Positions 38,084 to 49,659 of a stretch of 64,000 bases of DNA are shown here, piece by piece. The DNA is taken from NCBI RefSeq assembly GCF_009834535.1, contig NC_045696.1, positions 118,174,001-118,238,000 on the forward strand. The letters are read 5' to 3'. The position numbers were made by a program, and so were the translations under genes. The notes under the pieces were generated by a model that made no database searches, was not told where the DNA came from, and saw only the letters and a program-made list of their open reading frames with translations. Source of the stretch: Camelus ferus. Taxonomy: Eukaryota. The number at the start of each line of letters is the position of its first letter. The first letter of the stretch is position 1.

Positions 38084-38623
38084 TTTTTGTTTTTTGGTAT
38101 ATATTTATTTTTATTGAAGTACAGTCAGTTTACAATGTTGTGTCAATTTCTGGTGTATAGCACAGTGCTTCAGTCATATATGAACATACATATATTCATT
38201 TTCATATTCTTTTTCACCATAAGTTACTACAAGATATCAAATATAGTTCCCTGTGCTATACAGCACAAACTTGTTTATCTGTTTTATATATAGGAGTTAA
38301 TATCTGCAAATCTTGAACTCCCAGTTTAACCCTTCCCACCCTCTTCCCCCACTGGTGATCACAAGTTTGTCCTCTGTGTCTGAGAGTCTGTTTCTGTTTT
38401 GCAAATTAAGTTTGTTTGTCTTTTTTTTAGATTCCACATATAAGTGATATCGCATGGTATTTTTCTTTCTCTTTCTGGCTCATTTCACTTAGAATGACAA
38501 TCTCTGGGTCCATCCATGTTGCTACAAATGGCATTATTTTATTCTTTTTTATGGCTGAATAGTATCCCATTATATAAATATGCCACAACTTCTTTATCCA
38601 GTCATCTGTCAATGGATATTTAG
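38084..38623 (-). mobile_element. Young L1, 5'-truncated, with 14-bp TSD
   Basis: ORF 38427..38612(-) encodes the L1 ORF2p C-terminal DDWIKKLWHIYIMGYYSAIKKN. TSD tgacttactatctt at 38070-38083 and 38624-38637. Confidence 0.96.
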
Positions 38624-38884
38624 TGACTTACTATCTTAGATTGGTAAGTGTGCAAGCACTTGAGTAAGTGTACTTAAACACACTTGAATTTAGCACAAGA
38701 TTGATCCTTCCCCCAAAACTCACCCTTTTTCTGAGATATGCTGTTAGAAAACGTTCTTTAGGTATCATTGCAGTTCTTTTTTGGACAACTCTTCCATAAA
38801 TTTACACTGAAAAGGTTATGCTTGGTTAAGGAGAGGGAATAGGCTATGTCTTGTGATCTAACTCCAGTTCATTGATAAGACTGA

Positions 38885-38920
38885 TGTATTGGGTTTTCCC
38901 AGAGAAACATGACTAATAAG

Positions 38921-38974
<54 letters not shown>

Positions 38975-39360
38975 AGAAAGATCGAGAGAGAGAGAGTGAG
39001 AGAGATTTTAAGGAACTGACTCACAATGGAGTGGTTATGGAGGCTGACAAGTCCAAAATCTGCAGGTTAGGCCAACAGGCCAGAGCTGATGTTGCAGTTC
39101 AAAGGCAGTTCCAAAGGCAGACTAGACTGCTGGCAGAATTCCCTGTTCTTCAGGGGAGATCAGACCTTTTTAAATTAAGGCCTCTAACCAGTTTGGTGAG
39201 GCCCACCCCCAGTAAATCCTGTAATCTGTTTTATTCAGTCTATTGATTTAGATGTTAATCTCATCTAAAAAATACCTTCACAGAAACATCTCGAGAAAGG
39301 TTTAACCAAATACCTGGATACTGTGGCCTAGCCAGGTTGATACAGAAATTAACCATCACA
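38885..39360 (-). mobile_element. MLT2 (ERVL) solo LTR with an internal (GT)n/(GA)n microsatellite
   Basis: Starts 'tgtattgggttttcccagagaaaca', contains 'taaggaactgactcac...ggaggctgacaagtccaaaatctgcagg', and ends 'ctgtggcctagccaggttgatacagaaattaaccatcaca'. Confidence 0.92.
38924..39005. repeat. (GT)~24 followed by (GA)n microsatellite
   Basis: Seen directly. Confidence 0.97.
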
Positions 39361-40301
39361 GTTAAGAAGGCTGACTCGTTCAGTGATTATTGAGTTCCTA
39401 ATAAGAGCCAGGCTCTGTGCTACATACCAGAGGACCTCAGCAGATTTAAAAAGAGAAAAGTGTAGTTGACAGTTTTTTTTGTTGTTAACTAATCTTGGGA
39501 ATAGAAATTAGTCATGCTTATACTAAGTACGAAAGAGAAAATATTGCTTAAAAATGTGTTATTGGGGAGATATATTCAATGTCTAATAATTTTATATTTA
39601 ATTTTAAATTAAATTTAGTGAGAATTACATTGAATTCAAAGAAACATTTATATTCAGTTTTAGAATGAATGTATTCTCTAGTATATTATTCTAGAAATGG
39701 TCTTTCAAGCTTAACAGAATGCAAATCTCTTTAGGAGTAACTTGTGTTGAATGGTAAAATGCTGCTTCATCCAGACCCCTAGCTCTGTTTTCTTAAGAGC
39801 ATTGCTTTTTCCATCTTAAAGGAGAGCCTAAGATTCAGCCTACATAGAACATTTACCTCTTCTATTAAAACATATCTCTGGCCTTCTCTGCCTAAATTAG
39901 AGTGAGTCGTTTCTAACATGCACAGGAAAGGGGCTTTTCAGAAACGCATGTCATACCTTTCCCTGTTTTATTTGCTTTTGGATTGTTACCAGAGATGGTG
40001 AAAGATTTCATTAGAAAATAGGAAAGTAGGGATATGATATAATACAGAATGAAAGAAAGTATATATTGATACTTGAAATGAAGCCTTAATTGTTATGGGG
40101 GGAAAAGGTGCCTGATGAACATTTGCTCCTTCTTGTGGGGTTTAATTCTTTCCTGGAAATTAGTCAACACATGTTAGCTAAAAATGATTTGGATTACAGT
40201 TTTCCACTGTTAAGGTAAAAAGCTTGAACTCTGTATTGGGTAAAATTACTCTCTTCAGAAACATGTACTAGTGCATTGTGCGTGTGGGTGCAAGTTCTGA
40301 G

Positions 40302-41003
40302 TAGGGTGATCGTAAGCCCGATTTGGTGAGGCAGTCCTCTGAATGCCTGCTCTCCTGCCTTAATTCTTTTTTAGCACCTTGGATTAGTCTTTTTTTTTTT
40401 TTTTTTTTTTTTTTTGTTCCTAGGCAAATTATCGCAAATATATTGCTTTAAAACAACAAGAATTTTTAATTATATAGTTGTATAGGTGAGAAGTCTAATG
40501 TAAATCTCACCAGGCTAAAATCAAGACATTAGAGAATCTACTACCTGTTCTTTCAGTTTGTGAGCAAAGTTCAGTTCCTTGTGGTTGTAGGACCTTGGTC
40601 TCTTTTTGTTGTTGCCTATAAACCACGAGGCCTTTCTGGCTTCGTTGGGAGCTGCATCTTGGCTCATGGCACCCCTCTCCAGTTTCCAAGCTAGCAACAG
40701 CAGCTTGAATCCTTCTCATTTGCATCTGTCTGATGCATCCTTCTTTTCTCAGAGCATCTTTCTTTCTGACTCACATGATTAGCGTCAACTCACTAGGAGA
40801 ATCCAGGGGACTCCTAGCTCAAGGTCCGTAACTGTAATCACATCTTCAGAGTCCCTTTTGCTGTGTCAGGTAACATATTCACAGGTTCTAGGGATTAAGA
40901 CATGGGCATCTTTGCGGGAGTGGGTGCATTATTCTGCCTTCCACAGCCCCTTCTCACTCTTAGGAATATCCCAGTTTGGCCACTAAATTATATGGTCATC
41001 TAG
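40302..41003. mobile_element. MER81-like hAT-Blackjack MITE split by an MLT1 LTR
   Basis: Left half 'tagggtgatcgta...' (40302-40379) and right half 'ccccttctcactct...cccagtttggccactaaattatatggtcatcta' (40946-41003) rejoin into a short element with tagggtga / tca(t)cta inverted ends. Confidence 0.65.
40380..40945 (-). mobile_element. MLT1D/E-like MaLR solo LTR with expanded poly-T
   Basis: 'ctcaccaggctaaaatcaag...ttcagttccttgtggttgtagga...taatcacatct...gtaacatattcacaggttctagggattaagacatgggcatctttg...cattattctgccttccaca'. Confidence 0.88.
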
Positions 41004-43179
41004 TTTCTGAGTAGCCAGTTGAATTATTTAAAATATAAATAAAAACCGAAACTCAGATTTCTTCCTCCCTCTCTTTTAAATTTGTGTTTCAGTTCTTTTC
41101 TTTTCTATTTCCTCTCCTGCTTCCCTTTGACACTTTTGCAGAGGTCACGAAGAGTTTTCCTGGCTCACTTGTTAGAAGTCAGCAAGAAGGAAGTGTATGT
41201 CATTTCTCTTTTGCCCATTATTTACAGATAAAGAAGCCACATGTTTTATAGTGTGATGGTGGACAGCATTCTTTTAGTCTTTTATTCGGAAGCCAGCCAT
41301 TCTGATGTTCCTCTGTGTTTGGTGACAAGGTAATTGCTGAATCCTGAGGTTGTCGCATCTAAATTTGTGCTGCTGCTTGTGCTGACACTGTCCTTAGACT
41401 GTTGCATGGGAAGAGGAGGGATTAAGGCAAGCGTTTTCCCGTCTCTATCTGTAGACTTTATTTTATACTGAAGACTGATAGCCGGGCATTGCATTCATTT
41501 AAATAGCTGCCGATTTTTTTTTTTCAGAGGGGCTGGTTTTATATTATAGAAACAATTTTACTAGTACAGGTGCCTTTTAATAAAGTAATTACTTGTATGT
41601 TTTTGTTTCACATTTTTGAAAAATTTTACTTATTGAAACTACATTAATTGAAGAAAACAATTACATATTTTATGTGTATCTAAAGACCAACTGCCATTTA
41701 TGTCTACTCTTCAACTTAAATTTGTAGTCTGGAATTTTTCCCAAAGCACACAATATAATTTGTATTCAAATGGATTAATTTGTTCCTTGGACAATCTAAA
41801 GAAGGACCAATTTATGATTTTTAACCCTATATCTTATTTTAATAAGCTAAGTAGGTATTTGATGCTTGCTAATTTATATGTGCTTGAGTCCTTAATGTAA
41901 TAGTGAATCCATCAGAGTTTTGATTTAGTAAGTAATGCACGAGATATAAAACCAGTGCTACCTGCCTCTACAATTAATTCCTTTCTTTGCAGTTTACAAT
42001 GCCAGTTTTACACTCCATTTGCTGTCAGTGAACATGTAGGCGGCAGACGCAGCACGTATTTATCATCACCAAGTTCACTATCATACAGGAAAAGTACATT
42101 AATATGCCATACAGCAGTCTCACACATATAAACAACCACTTAGCATTTTTTAAGAACATATCTGACTTATTGATTAGCTTAAATACCTTTTAGAGGAGTG
42201 TGACACCCACGTGGAGTGCACACATTCATGTACTTATCCGAGCCAGCGTGCTGGCGCTGATGAATGAGTGTCTCCTCTTCCTGTGTTGGCGCGAAGATCA
42301 CACCTCAGAAAGCTTTTCCCTTTCTGTCGGAATCCCTCAATCTTGTCACAATTAAATTATTTTCAGGGTTCTTCAGATAAAGTGCACTCTGGAAAACAAC
42401 TTTTAAAAACCTTATCATACGCTGACATTTGCGTCTGGTGTTCTGAGCCTCTTTATCTGAGGTCTGGGCTGCTGTTCTCTGTCCCAGGCCCGGGGTGGCT
42501 GCGCTGGGCACTGGGCATTCTTCTTCGTTTCTGCTTCCCTTGCGAACTCGTGTGTTCTTCTGTAAACTGCCCCGTAAGTTAGCCTCCAGTTGGGTTGTGT
42601 GTTCCTTTTAAAAACATGTACAATACCTGTTAGATAGTTTTTTCTTATTGGAACATTTTGTTGAAATTAGGGAATATCAAAATAGAACACCTAGTTTACA
42701 TAGATACTGACTGAAACCTCAGAAAACAGTAATAAGAAGTAACACAGATATGAAAAGTTGGGGGAGGGATGTAACTTATATAAAGGATAAAGAACAGATG
42801 AGTATGGTTTGTCTTAGTCTTTTATGTGCATTTACATGCATTCTAGAACTAGGAAATTTTAAAAGAAAGATGTCCTGATCTTTTCTTTTAGTGAAACAAT
42901 GCAACAGGAAGTTATGTATTTAAAAGTTTTATGGTTTCCTCAGATACGAAGTTTATATACTAATATTTTCTCTCTCTAAAACAAAAAGAAAAACAGAATA
43001 TTTACAAATGCTGGTTCCTTGCAGTGCTCAATCTGACCCTGCTTGGGTAAGGTTTCTGCGAGTGCCCTCTGAGGGCAGTGTTCTTCTTTCTTGAGTCATT
43101 CCTTCTGGACTGAACTATCTAGTTCAGCCAGTCATTCCGTTTCATTTTATTTGAGTTAATTTCCACAGATATGTTTATA

Positions 43180-45010
43180 GAATTTGTTAAAAAGTGTGGT
43201 ATAATCTTCAGTCTCTGCTCTTTACTCTTCCTTTCCCAGATTTGCACTATTACATCTTCAGAGAGCACTCTAACATCTGTAACTCTGCATTTGAGCTCAT
43301 TTTCATATTTCCATCTCTCTGCTTCTTACTGTCTTGAAACACAGTGAATGTCTAGAACTGAAAGCATCATTTTGCCTTTGACCTTTTTTTTTCCCCCAGT
43401 AAAGTTCAGCCATTCTTAGCTTCTCTCCCATTATCCTTTAGGGTCTTTATCTTAGACCTAGGAATTCATTGCCTGTGTCTCCCTTACCTGTCACATCTAA
43501 TTAGCTAATAGTCATAGTCGTTTTTGCTCCTACCAGTTCCTTACCATCCTCAAAAGCCAGCCTTGTTGCTGAAACATGGCCTTCATACCCCACTTACCAA
43601 ATTGAGACTCAAGAACAGAGTTTTGGATGAAGTAGAAAAGGCAGCTGTATTTCTTTGCCAGGCACAGGAGGTCACAGTGGGCTACTGCCTCTAAGACCAT
43701 AAGCCTTATGGGGAGAGAAGGCAGGTGTTTTTATAGTAAAAATTCAAGAGTTCAAGGGGTGGAACTGGTTTTTATAGAGATTGTATACAGGGTAACAAAT
43801 TGTTGCAAAGTTGTTATTTTTGCAGATGCAGGGGTTCCCTTCCCTCTGCTGGGTGTGAAGTTCATGGCTGGCTTTAGAGCTCTCCTAATATTCTTGTACC
43901 TAGAACAAAGGATGAATAGGAAGGGGCTCTGTGGAAAAGAGCTCTAGAGGAAAACGTGTGCAGTTTAAGTCAGACTTGATAAATGCTTTTAGCCTTTTAA
44001 GCAGGCTAAGGCCTGCAGCTCAAGCAGTAGGATACAAGGAAACCTCAAGGAGTCAAAAGGATGGTACTGGGGTCAGGAGCAGGGCACTGAGGGCAAGAGC
44101 CCTGCATGCGGCACCAGCACCACAGGGGTGCTGGGTGGACCACCCAAGCCTCCCTCATTTCTAGTCCAACCCAAGTCAGGAAGAGCATGAGAAAAACCCT
44201 TTAAATAATTATACAGCTGAGCAGTTACAAACACTGATAACAGCCCCATCCACTCCTCTACAGCCGTATTCCTGAATACTTAAGAAGTTTTTGCTCCTCG
44301 AACCTGAAGTATTTGCTATCCTTGCTGTCTTGAAATCCACCCCATGTATTGTTGTCAGACTAACCTTCTAAAGCATTGCTTTTACTCTCATTCACCTGTT
44401 TAGGAACCTTTAATGGCCCCGTTTGTCTATAGATTGAAATTTGGAATATCTAGCCTGATTTTCAAGGTTCTCCCATAAAGTTGTCCTAATTTACCATTTA
44501 GCTTTATCTTCCATTAGTGAGTAACGGAAATTGTCCCATTTCTGTCAAGATGGTCCCAGCATACTGAGAACTTTCCTACATTTGCATGTTCTTCCTTATT
44601 TCACAGTATTCTTTAATCTCTTCTCCTTTTTGTCCTTGAAGTCCCTCGTACTTTATTTATGCTCATCTAAAGCTGACATGCGTTTTTCCTAACTTGCAGC
44701 TCATGTCCTGCACACTTGTGAAACCTTCCTGAACAGTGTGGTCTCCTGTGATCTCACCCTTCTCTGAACTCCTGTTTCCATTTGTTGCCTCTCCTGCGGC
44801 ACATTCTACATAATAGTGTTTTGCACTATTACTTGTTTTTAGTTGGGTTTAGGTTCTGTATTGCTAACAGGATTTTAAGTGTCGTGAAATCAGGAACCAT
44901 GTTATATTTCTTTATATCTCTCTTATGGACTAAGTATTGTTCATTACAAATCTCAAATGATAAATTGCTATTTGCTCTGCATTATTTCCACAAATATTAA
45001 TTGCTAAATG
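43180..45010 (+). mobile_element. Degraded L2 fragment split by an ERV LTR
   Basis: Pyrimidine-rich L2-like motifs on both sides of the LTR, including 'aggaacctttaatggc', 'tgtgaaaccttcctga' and 'caggaaccatgttatatttc'. Confidence 0.5.
43564..44242 (-). mobile_element. Lineage-specific ERV1-type solo LTR (~680 bp)
   Basis: Bounded by TGTT...AACA with 4-bp flanks gcct/gccc. The start 'tgttgctgaaac...cagagttttggatgaagtagaaaag...tttctttgccaggca' resembles cetartiodactyl ERV1 LTR ends as I recall them. Confidence 0.75.
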
Positions 45011-48000
45011 AGGTAAACAAAAGAGGTATGGAGCCTGTATTCATGGACTTTACATTCTAGAAGGGAGAGATAAATATTCGACACCTAATTTAATGGTACC
45101 TGTTTAATTGGAGTTGAGGGATGTGGTTTGTTACTTTTTTGACAAGTGAAAAACCAGAAAATTGCCTCCTTTTTTTCTCTGCTCTTATTGGTATGTTTAA
45201 TTTTTCTTACTTTAAAAACAAATTTTGATTCAAGATAAATTACTCTTGAAATCATAGGTTTTCAAGTGGTAAAACAATTATTTTCTTCTAAATGTACATA
45301 ATACTGATATTCTCTATGTCTGGGTAAATTCAATAGACAAAATAATGAAAAGCATTATTCGCATATTTTTGACATTAAAACAATTGTAAATTTTTATATC
45401 ACTTATATGATATCTAAACTGATGTGAAATAACTAAATGATAATGAAAATAGTTTTTAAAGGAAGATTCCCTAAACTCAAACCTATTAAAAGTTCTTATT
45501 TAATATACTAAAGCTCTCTTTTGTAGGAGAATAGGATTAGATTAAAATTAAATACATTATTAGACACATTATTATTTTAGCTTTAAGTGTTTCTTCCAAT
45601 GGCTTGCATAGCATCATCTGTTTCATAGGTATGGTTTTTTGAGATTGTAATAACCATAGAAAGTTAATGTTGAAAGAATGGCAAAGTATGCAGTGAAACG
45701 AAAAGTTATTGTATTTGCAAATGTAAAATCATAATTTACATAAATGTTATAGTTAGGAACATTGTGAATGTAAATATGCCTTCTCTAGTCTCAGTCCTGT
45801 AATGCCGTTCTCTGTCCAGCGGGAGATGAAGAGTGATGTTGAGACTGCAGTTTAACCTATTATAACAGCTTTAAAAAAATTAAGTAGCGTTGATGTAAAT
45901 ATGAGGAGGGAAAAGAGTATTTATCTCCATTAAGTGACATAAAAAGCCCTGGTAAGAATAACAGGCGGGTGGGTGTGCATTAAGCAGTGAAACCCCTAAA
46001 TTCAGATGCTAATTATAAGCACAAGGACAATTGCCTCCCACATACTTAACTGTTGTGTATTTTCTTTAGTCGAAGTATAATTCAGAGTTCTTGAAGTACT
46101 GAATATAGCTTTTATTTTTTTGCTTCCCCTTAGCGTATATATTAAAAAAAACACAATAAAAACACTTCTGCTGGACTGTGATTTTGATGGATGTAGGTGG
46201 AATATTAAACTAAATGCTATGAAGATAATTCACATCATTGCTCTTGGATGGTCTTTATTGAGTGCCTTACTTGCATCCCACTATTAAAAAACAAATGTTT
46301 AGTAGTAAAGTTAAAATTATTTAAACATATTTGAGCACAGTTTACTTTGCTGTCATGCACCAAGGACTTAAATTTAAGGCTTAGATTGTGAGAAGATGTA
46401 TAAGTACAGACGTAAGAGTGGATTTGTTTAGATTGTTGCAGTTTTTTAAACTTATTTTGGTGATGGTCTCTGGCATCATGTCTTAAAAGTGATATATAGC
46501 TGCTTTATCATCAGTTCTGACATTTTTAAGTATCTAAGAAAAAGGAATTTCCTTTGCATTTTCTCCATTCCCTTTCAGTGAAGATTTTGTAATGTATTTG
46601 ATTGCTGAAAGGTATTTAGGACAGAAGCCCTGTTCTTAGAAGGTGGCTGGCTTTTAAGTGTAGAATAGCAGGAAAAGTGTTATAGACTGAAATTATTTTG
46701 AAAACTTTGTTTTTAGAAATGGGAGTACAAAAAAACTCTTTGTAATCTTGCCACTTCTTTATTCTTAGGTATGCTTTTTATTTAGCTTTTAGTAACTTGT
46801 AATTTAAGATCACAGTTATTAGGTGTATTTCTGCATTTTATATATCGCTCCCAGATGCTACAGTATTAGTTTTTATCACTGCATATTTTATGAAATGTCA
46901 GCCTTCTGTTGGCTGTTCACGCAGCATTGTTAGTGATCAAAGACACAACATGAAGGAGAGGGATCTAAACAGTTGGCTTATCTTTGTCCTTCACTGTGAC
47001 GAAAATACTATAAAATTACTTTCTTATGGAAAGTCAAATAAAGGCATCACTTAACATGCAGTGAAAGGATAAATGTCTTTGTCTTTTAATGAAATAAAAT
47101 CTGAAAGTGTTTAATATCAAGAAATCCACTTACAAAGGGAAACATTTCTAATGGTACTAAGTTTTCCTTTGTAAGGAGCTAGAGTAATGCACCCTGTGTG
47201 ATGTTGTAACACTTGCTAAGTGGCAGTTCTATAACCTAGGAAAAGCCACACAGTTTTTGACAATGCAAGAGGTGACTCAGTTTAAACTCTTAATTTTTGT
47301 TACCCAAAACACGTTCTAGAAAGGTAGTTATTAGGTTTAGTATGTGCATTAAGTTGTATATGATTTGGTTTATTATTTTCTTGAACTGACTGACTTTGTA
47401 GTTTAAAACTTTATTCCATAGATTTTAAAGGTCCTTTTTTCTCTAATGCAGTGATTTCAATAGCAAAAGAAAAATACAGGATGGGAAAAATTCTCAAAGC
47501 CTGAAAGAAAATCTGTAAGAATAAAAATCTTGAATGATTTTGATCAGCTGTTGTGTATGCCCACCACAGCAGTTGGCTCAATCAATTTTATGTTTTGGGA
47601 CGGTTTTATTAAAATGAGCTGCTGCTTTCAGTAAATCATTGAGAAAGATGCTGGCTTTATATGTCTTTTTTGGGTGGAGGCATGGCGATAATAGTTTCTA
47701 TTTGCAGCCTTGTAATCACTAAAAGTGGAGACAATTCCTGAGCACCATAGATGTCAAGGCGTTTTTGTGTCATTGGTGTGGGCATTTGGAAATAGAAATA
47801 GAATGGGGATTTAGATTAAAAAGTGATTTTGTATAAATGCATGTACTTTTATGGCTATCTGCTGGAAACTGCCATTTCTAAAGAAAAATAATTGGTAGCA
47901 GATGATAATGATTTTAGTGTCTTCTTTTTATTGTACACAGTTTCTATTTTTATAAATGAATGAAAGCTTGTTTTCGTTTGGGAGAATTAGACCTGTGAAA

Positions 48001-48089
48001 AGCAGTTTGAAAGAAAGCTTTTGGATACTTACAAGTTAGGGGCCTCTCTTTTGTCGTAAAGTGCCCAATACTCACCCAAAATGAAGCCC

Positions 48090-48233
48090 CTACTTCAACA
48101 GCACTGATGCTACCTGAGAGCTTGCTAGAAATACAGAATATTGGGCTAACCCCACTCCCGACTATATCAGAATCTGCATTTTAATCAAAGTTCCCTGGTG
48201 ATTTGTATCCACATTAAAATTTGAGAAGCACTG
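48090..48233. mobile_element. MER5-type hAT-Charlie MITE
   Basis: 'acctgagagcttgctagaaatacagaat...atcagaatctgcattttaa...ccctggtgatttgtatccacattaaaatttgagaagcactg'. Confidence 0.85.
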
Positions 48234-49659
48234 TTATAATGGCTTCTCACTGGCTCTGTATGTGTGTGTTTCAGTTGTGGGGTGCCAGTTGGAATTTGTC
48301 ATCTGCAGTTCAGGAGCCGGAGGAGGCATTAGGAAGTTCACATCAGAATTTTACAGGGGCCCCGAAGTAGAAAAGTATTTGATCTGGAACTCACAGAGTT
48401 TTGGTCATTAAGTAATTACAATTGGAATCAGTAACTACTCTGTACTATACGTGGGATGCTTCACATGACTGCTAATGGTAAGCAGTTGGTTTCTCTTGGT
48501 TTTTAATTGTCTCATCAAGTTCACGATATTCTGATGTTTTCTCTCAGTAATAGTGTAGTCAGCATTTCCAAAGTATATTCTATGGTACGTATTTTGCGGG
48601 ACATGCTCTGAGTATAATGAGTGCCTGGAAGGAAGTGGATAGCACTGTACACTTGGCGCCTCTCTAGCAGAATCGCAGTGTACATTGGTCTGTGTTAAAA
48701 GATCAGAGAACTTAGCGTAACCTAATTCAATTTAGCATTTTCCAAATTTACTTGACCATAGCATCCAGCATCCTTGTGTTTTCATTTTTTTAACACAACC
48801 ATTATTATCTTTTCTTTTAGCATATGCACACTCTGGCTTCTTTCCAGTATTTGTTTTTCTTAATCAAAATAAGAGATGAAGCAAACTTTTGAAATTCTCA
48901 TGATGTTATGCCACATAAAACACACTTTCCAATATTGTTATTTAAGTGCAAAAGATACCGGTACAGCCGTTGTGTACTGAAGGAATTGAGTGTGGCAGAC
49001 ATTTCCAGAGCTGAAATTGAGACAGCATCTTTTAGAAAGTGAATGTTGACTAGATCCCAGTCAAATTTGGTGGCAAATGGTAGGAAGGAAATTGAGTGTT
49101 CCCAGTGTTGGCAAGAATGAGGGAACCCAAGAGCGATGAAGCAAGTTAAACATTTCAGTACAATGAGTGGGAACTGAAATCCCTAAATAAAGTAGGCTCT
49201 ACACTTGACCTCGGGCATATAATAGTGAGAAAGATACAGGTCTGCCCTCTAGGTGCTTATTGGAATGTAGTATATCCCAGTAAATGGATGAGAGCTAAAA
49301 TCCAGAACATTGGATTTTCCCAAGGGATCTGTAAAAAGTTAACTTGGCCAGTGCACTGTGTGCTGGAGAGCCAGCGACAGGATGCAGCTGTAGCGACTGG
49401 GGCCTGCAGCTGGGGGAACGGGAAAGACAGGAGAGAATTTCAGAAGGTAACAGGGCAGACCAAACCACCTTGGACATCTTAGAGCTAAAGGTGACGGTGA
49501 ATCTAACCCCCCAAATGCAGTGCATTGTGATAGTTAAAATCAGCACTGACTCTGGAGTAAGACGAACTGGGCTCTCCTCCTCATTTCTTCACATCATGAG
49601 GCCTCACCCTCTTCACCTGTAACATAGGAATAACATGGCAGGAAAACTAGTAAGTGTCT

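Noticed and set aside
38645..38690. Cluster of AAGTG/CACTT (NK2-like) motifs with loose palindromy
   Set aside because: Short motifs with an imperfect stem, which could easily be chance.
41282..41494. Ser/Thr-rich 70-aa minus-strand ORF
   Set aside because: No recognisable homology, and ORFs of this length are expected by chance.
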